NCBI RefSeq assembly: GCF_006345805.1 | Contig: NC_043000.1 | Location: forward strand, 163,494,001-163,558,000 | DNA: 64,000 bases | Source of the DNA: Octopus sinensis | Taxonomy: Eukaryota | Reading direction: 5' to 3' | Shown: in pieces, positions 53,049 to 64,000 of the stretch | Layout: every line of letters begins with the position of its first letter | Numbering within the stretch: position 1 is the stretch's first letter | Program-made: the position numbers and the translations under genes | The notes under the pieces: model-generated | Seen by the model: only the letters and a program-made list of their open reading frames with translations | Told to the model about the DNA's origin: nothing | Database searches by the model: none

Positions 53049-53329
53049 AAGATTATTTAATCCATTACAATATGTACAAAGTCAACCGGTTTCGCTTCGC
53101 TAATCATGATTCAGTGTTATGAAATCATAAAAAGATTTTGATCTAATCTTACGTTGAAGCAGGTATGATATATTTTTGCGGTTATATATGACTTACAGAA
53201 GCACTAGTTACGTCTAAAGTCGCAGATGATTCACTAGTTAAAACCAAAATTACCCCACCCCCCAAGGTAGAAATAAGACACTCGACGAATTCTGTAACCA
53301 CGTTGATAACTTCCCCTACCAAAGCTTGT

Positions 53330-54775
53330 ACATACAAAAAATTAACTTAAACTTCAGCACTACTCAATGGAAATAGTTTATTGAATTACAAAATGATGAG
53401 GAGTTAACAAATATAGACGCCGATAAAGGGAGTGCGGTAGTAATGATGGACACTGACTACTATAAAATCCTAGTACTATCCATGCTGAATAATAAAGATT
53501 ACTACGAAAAGAACACAGACTACAATCCTCGAAGAATAATGAAAAGTCTCTCGACATTAGTTCAACTACACGAAAAAGGGGAAAAGACCTGATGAAAACA
53601 GAAATAGACTACATAACTAACTTTAAGCGTAAAGCCATCCCCTTCTGTAGCTTACCGAATATTCATAAAAGCCATATTATGAATGAAGCAATTAAAAATC
53701 ACAGAAGTCATACATACACCCACACTAAGAGACCTTAAACTAAGGCCCATTATAGCTGGACTATTCTGTGAAACGCACCGATTGAATTACTTCATTGACA
53801 CCACTTCTAAAATACATTAAAAGTTACATTAAAGATGATCTGTACATGTTAAACCACACATCAAAATCTCTCTATATATAAACGGCAAAATGCCTGTCTG
53901 TGTGTGTGTGTGTGTGTGTGTGTATCCTTTATACAAATCCACAATTGTTCAGTTAGAGGGCTCGCACTTTCTATGGTCATTCCAAACCGTCCAAGGGTGG
54001 TCGTGCACATCCTTACATTTCCCCAGTCACCCCGCAAAGCCATTAAAAAATCAATAGAAGTGACTTTTTTGTGAATTTTCTATCCAAAACCCAATCAAAA
54101 TGCCCGAAACTTGATACACCAATTGAATGCCAGCTTGCTGTATATGATTGGTCGGAGATTTGGACAGTACTCGCATGTATGTGCGCACGCACACAGCTGT
54201 ATATGCATGCACTAGCACTATGACCCGGCGTTTCCAGGTCATAGTGCTAGTAAAAAAAAGAGTAAAGGAAAAGATACTTATGGTCTCCTTTCATGTTGTA
54301 AACTAATATTTCTCATAATTATTGATTAGAAGCAACTCAGTTCTGGATGGAAAAATATTCAGAAGAAATACCATAACGTATTAGCATATAGTTCATAATT
54401 GAATCATTAGAATTTATTCTCCAGCGAAATCCCTTCATATTTGACACCACTGTATATCGACAAAAATTTGGAGTTGCGATGGGAAGTAAGGCAGCTCCCA
54501 TTCTTGCAAACTTGACAATGAGCTATTTGGAACTAACAGTATATCAGGAGTCATAAAATTCGGAAATCCCCTACATAAAGGAAAATTGGAAAAGATATTT
54601 GGATGACTGTTTTATTCTATGGAATGAAAACATGGAGAAACTTTTGGAATTCAAAAGACTTTCTCAATAGCATAAATACATATATACAATTCACAGCAGA
54701 ATACAATAAAAAGGAACACTATTTTCTAGATATACTAATCAAAACTGTAAATAAAGAAATAGAAACCTCCTTTCA
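53330..54775 (+). mobile_element. Penelope-like retroelement reverse-transcriptase remnant, interrupted by a Helitron
   Basis: Left part: DADKGSAVVMMDTDYY, LPNIHK, LRPIIAG, SYIKDDLYMLNH. Right part: ILMVSFHVVN, FDTTVYRQKFGVAMGSKAAPILANLTMSYLE, WKRYLDDCFILW, IQFTAEYNKKEHYFLDILI. The motifs are collinear across the insertion. Confidence 0.9.
53867..54250 (+). mobile_element. Non-autonomous Helitron, 384 bp
   Basis: 5' A|TCTCTCTATATATAA, 3' CTAG|T, insertion between A and T with no TSD, and a terminal hairpin actagcactatgacc/ggtcatagtgctagt. Confidence 0.85.
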
Positions 54776-54829
54776 ATCTCTCTCTCTCTCTCTCTCCCCC
54801 TCTCACTCTCCTAATGTCCTATTTATTCC

Positions 54830-55500
54830 TGTCTTGCACTGTGTAACTCATCAGCAATTTCTTCATAATTGAGGACTTCAAAATGAGGATAAACTTAATC
54901 ATTTGTTGCCATTTCTGAATAGTAGATTCAATTTCTTTTCCTGTTGCCAGGAATGTAATTTGCTGAAAATTCTTTAAAGTTCAAACCATATCCAAAGTCA
55001 TTCAACAGCGTCTTCCAGCTAGTTACCATAGTCGTAGACTGCATTCCCTATCCAAATAACTACAAAGTTAAAAATCACAAACTTAGAGTTGTTGGCTCGT
55101 AGATTCTGAAATGTCTTGTTTCCACCCCGTCTTCTCCAGAATCTTCATCCTCCAACACAATAATAACTTCTTTACATAAACTCTTCCGATTCAAAATATT
55201 GTTTATAATTATTTCCTATTTCATTGGCTGAATAATGAAAGATGCATCAGGAGCCAGGACAAGACATTTGCTTCTCCAATCCATAATAAATGGGGGGGGG
55301 GGGCATAAGTTTAAGCAGCAGCTTCCTCCAGAAATTTTTGTCTGAAAGCATCATACATCGGGAAGTAAATCATGCATTTTCTAAACGATGCATATAACAA
55401 GGAATTTATATGATTAATAGAGCGTTTTATTTTTTCAGTTGTCTGTAACAACGGGTTTCAGGCAATGCAAACCACCAGTATTTTCATATAATGAAATAGA
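54830..55500 (-). mobile_element. pogo/Tigger-like DDE transposase remnant
   Basis: Minus-strand pieces NTGGLHCLKPVV, LAPDASFIIQPMK, TSWKTLL and FEVLNYEEI resemble the Tigger/jerky DDE_1 region (LPPNTTSLIQPMDQG). Many stops and frameshifts. Confidence 0.45.
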
Positions 55501-56063
55501 AAATCTCTCTTTAATTAACTAGCGATCAGGAGTAGTGTGTTCATGTTTGTAGGCCAGCGTATTTTAAAGAAAAGTAGAACAGAAAAATGAATTCCAACAT
55601 CATTGTAATCATATAACAAAATAAGGCACTCGGATCTATTATTCGTTCACATATTTTGTAAATAACTCAACATATGAAGCGTTTCCCAAAAGATTTGAAC
55701 TTGCGACTACGTAGGTCAGAATTTTGCATCTTTCGGAAACAGACTTTGTGCTATAAATTTCACGATCGCGTGCAAATGAAATGCACATGTCTGTGATCAA
55801 ATGATACTTGAATTTCAGAAATGTTACCCTAATTTATCAATTTTTCAGCTTCATTTAAATTCATATACACTTTTAATTCCGCTTCACTTGATGTCGTTAT
55901 AAATAGTAAGGAATGCAAAGTGTTTGAAAAATAAAGCCAGTATTAAAAAAGCAGAGAGACGCTCTATACACAACCCCACCGTGCAAAGCAGTTTGAGGCA
56001 CACGCAAATTGAAAATGAGTCTACCCTACGCTATCCAAAACAAGTGTGATAAGCAATGCACAT

Positions 56064-56118
<55 letters not shown>

Positions 56119-56151
56119 ATATATATATATAAATATACATTCATACCTACG

Positions 56152-56185
<34 letters not shown>

Positions 56186-56214
56186 ATCATACATATATTC
56201 ATACATATGTACAT

Positions 56215-56340
56215 GGGTGGTAAGTAGCTTGCTTACTAACCACATGGCCCTGGGTTAAGTCTTACTGCGTAGCACCTTGGGCCGACCAAAGCCTTTTTAG
56301 TGGATTTGGTAGACGGAAACTGTAAGAATCCCGTCATATA
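56215..56340 (+). mobile_element. SINE family B, 5' part
   Basis: tggtaagtagcttgcttactaaccacatgg..gccgaccaaagcct..gtggatttggtagacggaaactg. Confidence 0.8.
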
Positions 56341-56376
56341 TGTATATATTTATAAACAAGTAAAAGAAAAGAAAAG

Positions 56377-56410
<34 letters not shown>

Positions 56411-56466
56411 TACATATATACACACACACCACACATACATATATATATAATATATATATAATATAT

Positions 56467-56584
56467 TCACGTGATCACGTGACCGACCAGACCATCAGAT
56501 GTTGCTACACATCGCTGGTCACAATGCGCTTTGCATTGTTTTAGCCTTCGAATGACGCCACCCCGCTGGGTAAGCGAGCAGGCC
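56467..56584 (-). mobile_element. Short interspersed repeat ending in a (TCACGTGA)2 tail
   Basis: tcacgtgatcacgtgaccgaccagaccatcagatgttgctacacatcgctggtcacaatgcgc..cgagcaggcc, flanked by (TA)n. Recalled as a common octopus repeat; not verified. Confidence 0.5.
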
Positions 56585-56828
56585 ATATATATATATATAA
56601 ACGTGTGTGCTTTGACTACACCATTAGAGCATTTTAGCTCTTATTTCTTGCAATGGAGGTGTTTCTAACAGCCTAGTTACACTTAGTGATGACTTTAGTT
56701 TTCCTTTTTGGTAAAACATTGCAAACTGCTGCCTCCATTAATTTTTTATTATAAACATATATTCATACATAAGGACATATATAAACACACACAACACACA
56801 CACACATAATTATATATATATATATATA

Positions 56829-56892
<64 letters not shown>

Positions 56893-58214
56893 AACAAAAG
56901 CACATAGAAAAACAGACATACAACACGCGTGTCTTTATGTCAATGCGATCTAATGTTATTCTTTCAACGCTACATAACACAAGACAAATTTTTAACATGA
57001 AAATGACACATATTTTCATATATTCAGATATCATCGTTTATATTTCCCATTTAAATAAGAGAGAGAGAGAGAGAGGAGAGAGAGAGAAAAGAAGCTGATA
57101 AACGATCTTAGTAATGGCGTCAGGAAAAGAGAAATAAACGCCAAATAAATATATAAATAAACAATTAAATAAATAATACAAACAAAAGCAATGTAAGAAA
57201 AATAAACAGCCCTGTCCGGATATTGGTTGGATTAATACAGTGGAATCGTTTATTTACAATTTTGTTTTTCCTTTTCCTGTAGAGAATGTCATAACTATTT
57301 CATTTCGCTCACTGCTTTTCATTGATGCCTGTAATTGAAGTAGAACAGTCGTTTGTAGACACGGTTACCGTTAGTTTCAATGTGGTTAATAAAATTAGTT
57401 GTCCATATGTACACAAACATATACGCAGAGAACCTGATCCCTTTTCTCTCTCTCTCTCTTGCATCTATTCTTTCTTTCTCTACCTCCTTCTCTTCTTTCT
57501 TCTCTTCCTCTAAATGCATACATCGGTTCTCTACTTGTTTAGATACCATTGTTACAATAAATATTCCGAAAGCGTGGTGAATGGCAGAAGCGTTAGAGCA
57601 TTGGACAAGATAACTTACGTTATTTGCTTCAGATCGTTAAACAATCCGAGTTCAAATCAGGTCGATGTCATCTTAGTCTTTCATCGTTCCCGGATCATTA
57701 ATTATTAAAAAAATGCCGGAAAAACAAAAGATTGATTTTTAATTGATTATAACCCACAGCAAATATCTGGCCTTATCCCACTATTAGAAAATCAATATTA
57801 TTTTGGGGGAGGTTATGGAAGGCAAACGGCGGACGAGTGTAGTATTTAGTAACGAATTTTTACATTCTGATTTCAAATCCCGTTGTTGTCATTTAAGGCA
57901 GAGATTTTAAACCACAGTGCCGCGCGCAGTGCGGCTCTACTGCGTAACATTTAAGTGACACAGAAGGTATTTAGAAAACTTGAGCAATTTTAATGGATTA
58001 TAGTGGTGCATGTGCATTTGTTTGCAACAAAAGGCAGCACATACCTCTGCATGAGAAAAAAGTTTCGTACACGCTTATTTTTTTCACTTGAAAATTTTTA
58101 ATAAAAGAGAATTGATTGTATGCCGCAACATTTTTGGCATATTACTTAGTGAGCTGTAGTTAGAAAGATAAAAAAAAATAACATACAAATTGGCTAGTTT
58201 GGCGGTTGATGATA

Positions 58215-58665
58215 TTGATTTCAAATTTTATAACAAGGTTAGCAATTGCAGGTGAGAAGTTTAAGTCGATTACATTGACTCCAGTACTCAAATGGTACTT
58301 ATATCAAATCCTAAGGGCTGAAAGGCAAAGTCGACCTCAGTGGAATTTGCACTCAGAACGTAAAGATGGACGAAGTGCCGCTAAGCATTAAGCGGCGTGC
58401 GGGCAAGATTCTGCCAACTCTCTGCTCTACATAGATGTCGATGATATTAATATTGGTTTCAAATTTTGGCACAGAGCCAGCAATCTGCAGAGCGGGGTAA
58501 ACTGATTACATTGACTTCAGTGCTTAATGGCACTTATTTTATCGATCCCGAACGGCAAAGTCGATCTCAGCAGAATCTGATTTCTGAATGTAAATTCGAA
58601 CTCTGGACGAAATGACGCAAAGCATTTTATCCAGCGTGCTAACGACTCTGCCAGCTCGCTGCCCC
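58215..58665 (-). mobile_element. Two tandem family A SINEs (about 58215-58425 and 58450-58665)
   Basis: Each has gattacattgac..cagt.ct.aa.tgg.actta, aaggcaaagtcga.ctc and the head gccagctcgctgccc. Confidence 0.8.
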
Positions 58666-59116
58666 TACTTAGAGATGATATCAATATTTGTCAAGTACTG
58701 GTGTACAAATAATCGGCTATTTCGCCACCAAAAAGTGTGTTGAGCGAGACTTAAGAATCATTTAGGATTTCCACCGATTAAATTATATCAATGAATCTCT
58801 TGTTTTCGCTTCTTTAAAAAAATTTTTTGGGGAAGACTAGCAGTTGTCCATGCATGCAAGCCTGCTCTTTCCATGTTGTTGGTATTTATCCAAGAGAATA
58901 CCTACTACCTTAGGTCCGATGTAGCTAGACAGCAGTGTTGTTGGCTTTACTTTCAGAAAACAAAGAGTCGGAACAGCAGTTGCAAGGTAATTTGTCAGAT
59001 GTTCTGAAAGGGTAGTTTTTTATCGACCTCCAAAAAGATGAAAGACATTGGATAGGATTTGAACTCAGAGTGAGGAAGGTCAGAACAAATATTGTGAAGT
59101 ATTCTATTCTAGAGTG

Positions 59117-59262
59117 GAGGCGCATGCTTAGTGGTTAGGGTTTCGGACTCATGATCATAAGATGGTGGTATAGATTCCTTGATCGGGAGATGCGTTATTT
59201 TCTTGAGAAAAATACTTTATTTCACGTTGCTCCAATCCTCTCAGTTTGTAAAAAATGAGTAA
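59117..59262 (+). mobile_element. SINE family C, 5' part
   Basis: ggaggcgcatgcttagtggttaggg..ttgagaaaaatactttatttcacgttgctcca. Confidence 0.75.
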
Positions 59263-59811
59263 TTCTAGGGGGGGGGGTTATATACGCCAGAGAAACCAGA
59301 AAACCGGTCCTATGCTCCTTACAGAATTATGTGGACTAACCATTCTATTCTATACTCTAAAGATTCCGCAAATTCCCATTTTTAGAAATTATTACTTGAT
59401 GGCAGTGAAATTGGCAGTGAAGCAATACAAACAATTTATGGTGTTTAATTACATTTCATTAGTGAGGTCATCAACAGTTCCACAATGAATACACGAACCA
59501 CGCTGATCCAGCGCACTGCTTTGACGGAACTAATAGAAGATCGGACAAGATGCTTTGTAATATTGGTTCCAGCTCTTGGCGTTCTGACAGCAACGTCTGA
59601 GAAGACACTGGTGCTATGCTGTATCAGTGCAAGTTGACTTTCTTCTGAATCAACAATAATGATGTGGAGAGGGGATATTTAGATGCATGGGAAATTGCTA
59701 GACTTTCCCTAAAAGCCTTACCCACGCCTGCATCTTCTAAGCAACTACCCCGAATGCGAAGATCTGAAAACAGACCTCTGTCTTGTTTTGGGGAATTTGT
59801 AGCAATTGCTT

Positions 59812-59965
59812 CCTCTGTGTGTCTGTGTGAATCCCTAAAACTTGAGAACTACACAACCAATTTCATTCAAATTTTACACATGCCTTACCTAGGGTCTATG
59901 TAGTGTCATAGGTCAAAAAACATTTTTTAACTTCTTGCCTAGTGCGAGCCCACAGTCATATGATA
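59812..59965 (+). mobile_element. Possible Helitron/DINE-type non-autonomous fragment
   Basis: ctgtgtgtctgtg..aaacttgagaactacacaaccaatttcattcaaattttacaca resembles the conserved block of DINE-1/Lep1-like Helitron derivatives. No termini seen. Confidence 0.35.
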
Positions 59966-60348
59966 TGTGTGTGTGTATGTATGTATGTATGTATGTATGT
60001 ATGTATGTATGTATGTATGTATGTATGTAGGTATGCATGTAGGTAGGTATGTATGTATGTATGTATGTATGTATGTATGTATGTATGTATGCATGTAGGT
60101 AGGTAGGTATGTATGTATGTATGTATTTATGTATGTATGTATGTATGTAGGTATGCATGTAGGTATGTATGTATGTATGTATGTATGTAGGTAGGTAGGT
60201 AGGTATGTATGTATGTATGTATGTATGTATGCATGTAGGTATGTATGTATGTATGTATGTATCTATGTATGTATGTATGTATGTATGTATGTATGCATGC
60301 ATGCGTGCATGTATGTATGTATGTATGTATGTATGTATGTATGTATGC
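59966..60348. repeat. (TATG)n/(TAGG)n array
   Basis: Direct reading. Confidence 0.95.
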
Positions 60349-61211
60349 CTGCATTACTACAAGTTGTACGGATGATGTCAGTTAATCGAAGTCTTCAGTC
60401 CAGTATATCATATGCGGAACCCTACGGTACACGCATTTATTGTAGAGGAGCAGACGAAATATGCGGCAGTGGTAGTGATTGGGAGAACAGAGGTCGATGA
60501 TAAGGATGACGATGCTACAGCGGTTGACGATGATAGTGAGATTGTGATGATGAAGAAAAAGGCATTAATGATGGGTGAAGTGGCGGAGGGAGAAGAGCAG
60601 TTTGACGACAAGAGTTGAAAGATCAAGACATTTATTATATAGAAGATCGGTGGCGCCGCCAAGCATTAAATATTCGCATACATACACACACGCACACACA
60701 CACACACACACAACACACACACACATACACCCAGATCTAGTCTGAATTCTTTGAGGAAAAAAAAGAGGGGCAAAAGAATTATTAAAGAATAACATAGAAC
60801 ACAACGAACGAAATATATAAAAAAAAAAAGCAATAGCGACAACAGAACATTAGCAAAGCAAAAAGACATCAAATAAAAACAGGATAAATATAACCCCTTG
60901 GAGAAGGTTTCATCAACATAAGCCGATATTGACTAAATCTCACGTCTTTTACTCCTCGCTTTCTCCTGAAATTCTGGCGATCACTTTGTTGCCATATCTG
61001 CAGCGCGCTTGTGCCAGAGTGTGTGTGTTTTATGTATACTTTATATATGCATTTTATATATAATGTATTTGTGTGCATACTCAAAAGCCTCCCATTTATA
61101 TGCATATGTGTATATTAATCTACATATATGAGTATATTATACACGTATATATTAAATATGTGTTATATACATAATGTATACATATGTGTTTATATACATA
61201 CGCACATATAT

Positions 61212-61282
<71 letters not shown>

Positions 61283-62096
61283 CATACAAACGCGCGCATA
61301 TATATATATATATATGTATAGCTATCAGCGTATATTTATTAATACAGGCCTATACATCTATATGTATGCATATGTGTATAAATATACGCACGCGCACGTG
61401 TTTGTGTGTGTAATATATATATATTATCCATGTATGTGTTCATGTATGGATCTATACACATATAATGTATATGTATGTGTCTATGTCCATGTCAAACATT
61501 CAATATAAAGAGAGTGTTGTTTTCTTTGAACAATCCTGGGTTATTGATCAACTATAATTGATTTCTTTTCTCTGAGACACAACGCTCGAAATTTATTAGG
61601 GGAGGAAAACCAAATAAGATTGTATAATGCTAATGCATATTTTAAGGTCATTAACGGCGCAAGTGAAAAACATTTCAGCTTGTCTGGGAATCGAAATCAG
61701 TTTGAGCTCTCAGGTCATGAGGAAAATAGTTTTAGTATTATATAAAATGAAAATTGATTTAGACTCAGCGGTGTGATTAGAAAAACAACATCAACACTAA
61801 TACGCATGTAAGGAAATTGAATGAAGCGCATCTGAGGCATATCTTCATAAAAACAAGAGTGATTATCAAATAGCGAAGTTAAATGCTGCCATACATAATG
61901 TGGCGAGCACGATAGACTGGTTATTCCTTGGAAGACACAAGACGTAAATAGATTTCGAAGAAAGGAAAAGAAAAAGAACATGTACTTAGTCCGAACGGAA
62001 AGTAGTTATCTGCAGGAGGTCACTACTACTACTACTACTACTAGTAGTAGTACCAACCAACACTACTATTACTACTACTTACTACTACTACTACTA

Positions 62097-62131
<35 letters not shown>

Positions 62132-62319
62132 TGACATTAAACAGTCTGTTTTCCAACAGCATTCAAATATAGAGATACCAGCTAAAAATGTAAAGAATCA
62201 AGTAACGGGAAAATTCCTCAGATTTCTTCATAAATATGTGTGTGCGTGTGTGCGTGTATGAGTGCGCACGCGTGTGTGTGTGTCTATGTATATGTGTTTG
62301 TATATCAGTAAGAAGATAT

Positions 62320-62525
62320 CCGATGTAATCCGGATGGGAGCCCAATGTAGAATTCCCAGGTGGAGGGAAGACCAGAGAAAGTCCGCTTAAGCGTTAAATA
62401 CATGGATTAAAGACAATGAATATTACAAAGATTAACACGAGAAGAATAGAGTTTGATGATTATGGCATTACTTTAACGATTCAATGGCGAAAGATAGTGC
62501 ATCAACGATTCGGACTTTAGTCCTT
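62320..62525 (+). mobile_element. Possible RTE-type LINE 3' remnant
   Basis: A GRP-containing stretch (ggaagaccagagaaag) followed ~110 nt later by caatggcgaaag (W-R-K-like), as in RTE ORF C-termini. Weak. Confidence 0.25.
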
Positions 62526-63029
62526 CATTGGAAAAAAGAAACGGAAAATGAAAGAAAAAAAAACAGGGAGAGTGAGAGAGAGAGAAATACTGAGTGAATA
62601 AATGAGAAGAAAAGAGGATAAGAGACGCTGGTGGAAGATGAAAGGTTAGAAAGCAGAGGGAATACTTTTGTATTAAAGTCGTTAAGAAAGGGGGAAGGGT
62701 CGAATGTGTGGATGCATACATCTGTGTCTGGAAATGAATTAAGTGGGAATGGTGTGCATGTACGTGTATTAGTATGGTGTATTGATCTGTACAAGTGTGG
62801 AAGAACGGATAGTTGCTAGTTGCGGCGCTTCGGCGTGCGTGTGTGTGTGTGTTATTGGGTTAATAGTGTCAAATTGTGTATGTGAGGGTATATGTTTGAG
62901 GGTGCGGAAATAAAGCCATTTATTTCATCAGTACCTTTATATCCAGCCACTCTCATACATGGTATAGCAAGAGCAAGGTGAAAGGTACTACTTTATAAGT
63001 GTACACGTTCATAAACAAAAGCTCTTTAC

Positions 63030-63625
63030 ATTGTAGGTTCAAATCCCACCGAGGTCAACTTTTCCCACCGAGGTCAACTTTTCGGGTCGGTAAAATAAAA
63101 TACTGATTGAGTATTGGAGTCAATGTAATCAATAAATGTCCCTATTCTAAAGCTGATGGCCTCGTTCCAGAATTGGAAACAATTAAGGAAGCCGGTTAGC
63201 AGGCTCGTTATAGCGTCGGAAAATACCCTGCACAATTTATTTTAGATCCTTATATGCTGGGTTCAGGTGCTGCCCAAGTCAACTTTAGATTTTATCTTCT
63301 TGGGGTCGACAAAATAAAGTACCAGGCAAAACACTGGGAGCGATGGTATCGACTAACCCCTACCATATCGACTAATCCCTCCCATATCGACTAACCCCTC
63401 CCATATCGACTAACCCCTCCCATATCGACTAACCCCTCCCATATCGACTAACCCTTCCCATAAATTTCTGGCCTTGTGTCTCTATTAAAAGCAGACGTTT
63501 AAGACGGCAAAATGTCTTGCGGTATTTCTTTCCCTTCATTACGTTCCGGGTTCAAATTTCGCCGGGCTCGACTTTAACTTTCATTCTTCTGGGGTCGATA
63601 AACGAAAGTCCCAGTCAAGTGCCGG
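63030..63625 (+). mobile_element. Three consecutive family A SINEs
   Basis: Three ggttcaaat/ggttcagg..gtcaactt..ggggtcga.aaa.taaagtacc blocks. Confidence 0.8.
63347..63460. repeat. 19-bp minisatellite, six copies, inside a SINE tail
   Basis: (tatcgactaacccctccca)6 with single substitutions in copies 1, 2 and 6. Confidence 0.95.
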
Positions 63626-64000
63626 CCTGTGCAATAACTTAAGACAATCATCACCATCATCAGCAATGGTGGCAGTAGTACTGGTGGTGGTGGTGGTAGT
63701 GGTGGTGGTGGTGGTGGTGGCGGTGGTGATGGTGGTGGTGGTACCAGTAGTAGTAGTAGTAGTAGTAGTAGTGGCTGAGCCAGTCTTTTGAAGTTCTTAT
63801 TCTTTTCAATATAGCGATATTTTCAGATCTTCAATAGAATTTCCGAATCGACGTCAAGCACCGGCAGCATTAATATTTCTTATGCCATTGTCTTTATTTC
63901 CTACCCCAGTCCTGGATCCAATTTCTTCCTTCTCTTGAGACTGTTATTATAATTTTATGTCTTTGTTTTTTTCTTTCTTCTTTAACTCTGTCTCAAAGAG

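Noticed and set aside
53085-53125. Minus-strand GAAACCGGUU hammerhead-like 3' half upstream of the Penelope RT
   Set aside because: No CUGANGA/CCGANGA core or stem II partner could be found upstream.
60412-60618. Acidic 68-aa ORF (DDKDDDATAVDDDSE)
   Set aside because: Degenerate (GAT/GAC)n repeat with no splice or codon support.
63347-63460. CRISPR-like regular repeat
   Set aside because: Head-to-tail units without unique spacers, in a eukaryotic SINE, with no cas genes.

Overview
This is a eukaryotic, AT-rich, repeat-saturated window. The SINE families and the (TA)n/(TATG)n/(CA)n load point to an octopus (cephalopod) genome; that is an inference from remembered repeat families, not a database hit. 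No complete protein-coding gene is visible, and most ORFs in the track are microsatellite translations. The best host-gene signal is a probable 5' end on the + strand. It has a G|GTAAGT donor at 3680, a TACTAAC..CAG acceptor ending at 4230 and a long non-repetitive open frame after it, in a SINE-free block. There is also a possible internal exon at 43180-43390. The rest is a layered transposon record. It includes about 35 tRNA-type SINE copies, two R4/Dong LINE fragments next to (TAA)n, a Penelope-like RT split by a non-autonomous Helitron, and a second Penelope-like remnant with inverted arms. It also has a Tc1/mariner element with a SINE in its terminal region, a hAT MITE with an 8-bp TSD, a pogo/Tigger remnant, two fold-back elements and a 100-N gap. 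The most interesting signal is three type I hammerhead-ribozyme folds (127-161, 7870-7996, 35085-35123) from two unrelated repeat families. All three carry CCGANGA instead of the canonical CUGANGA core. All calls were made by eye; boundaries of degenerate repeats are approximate.
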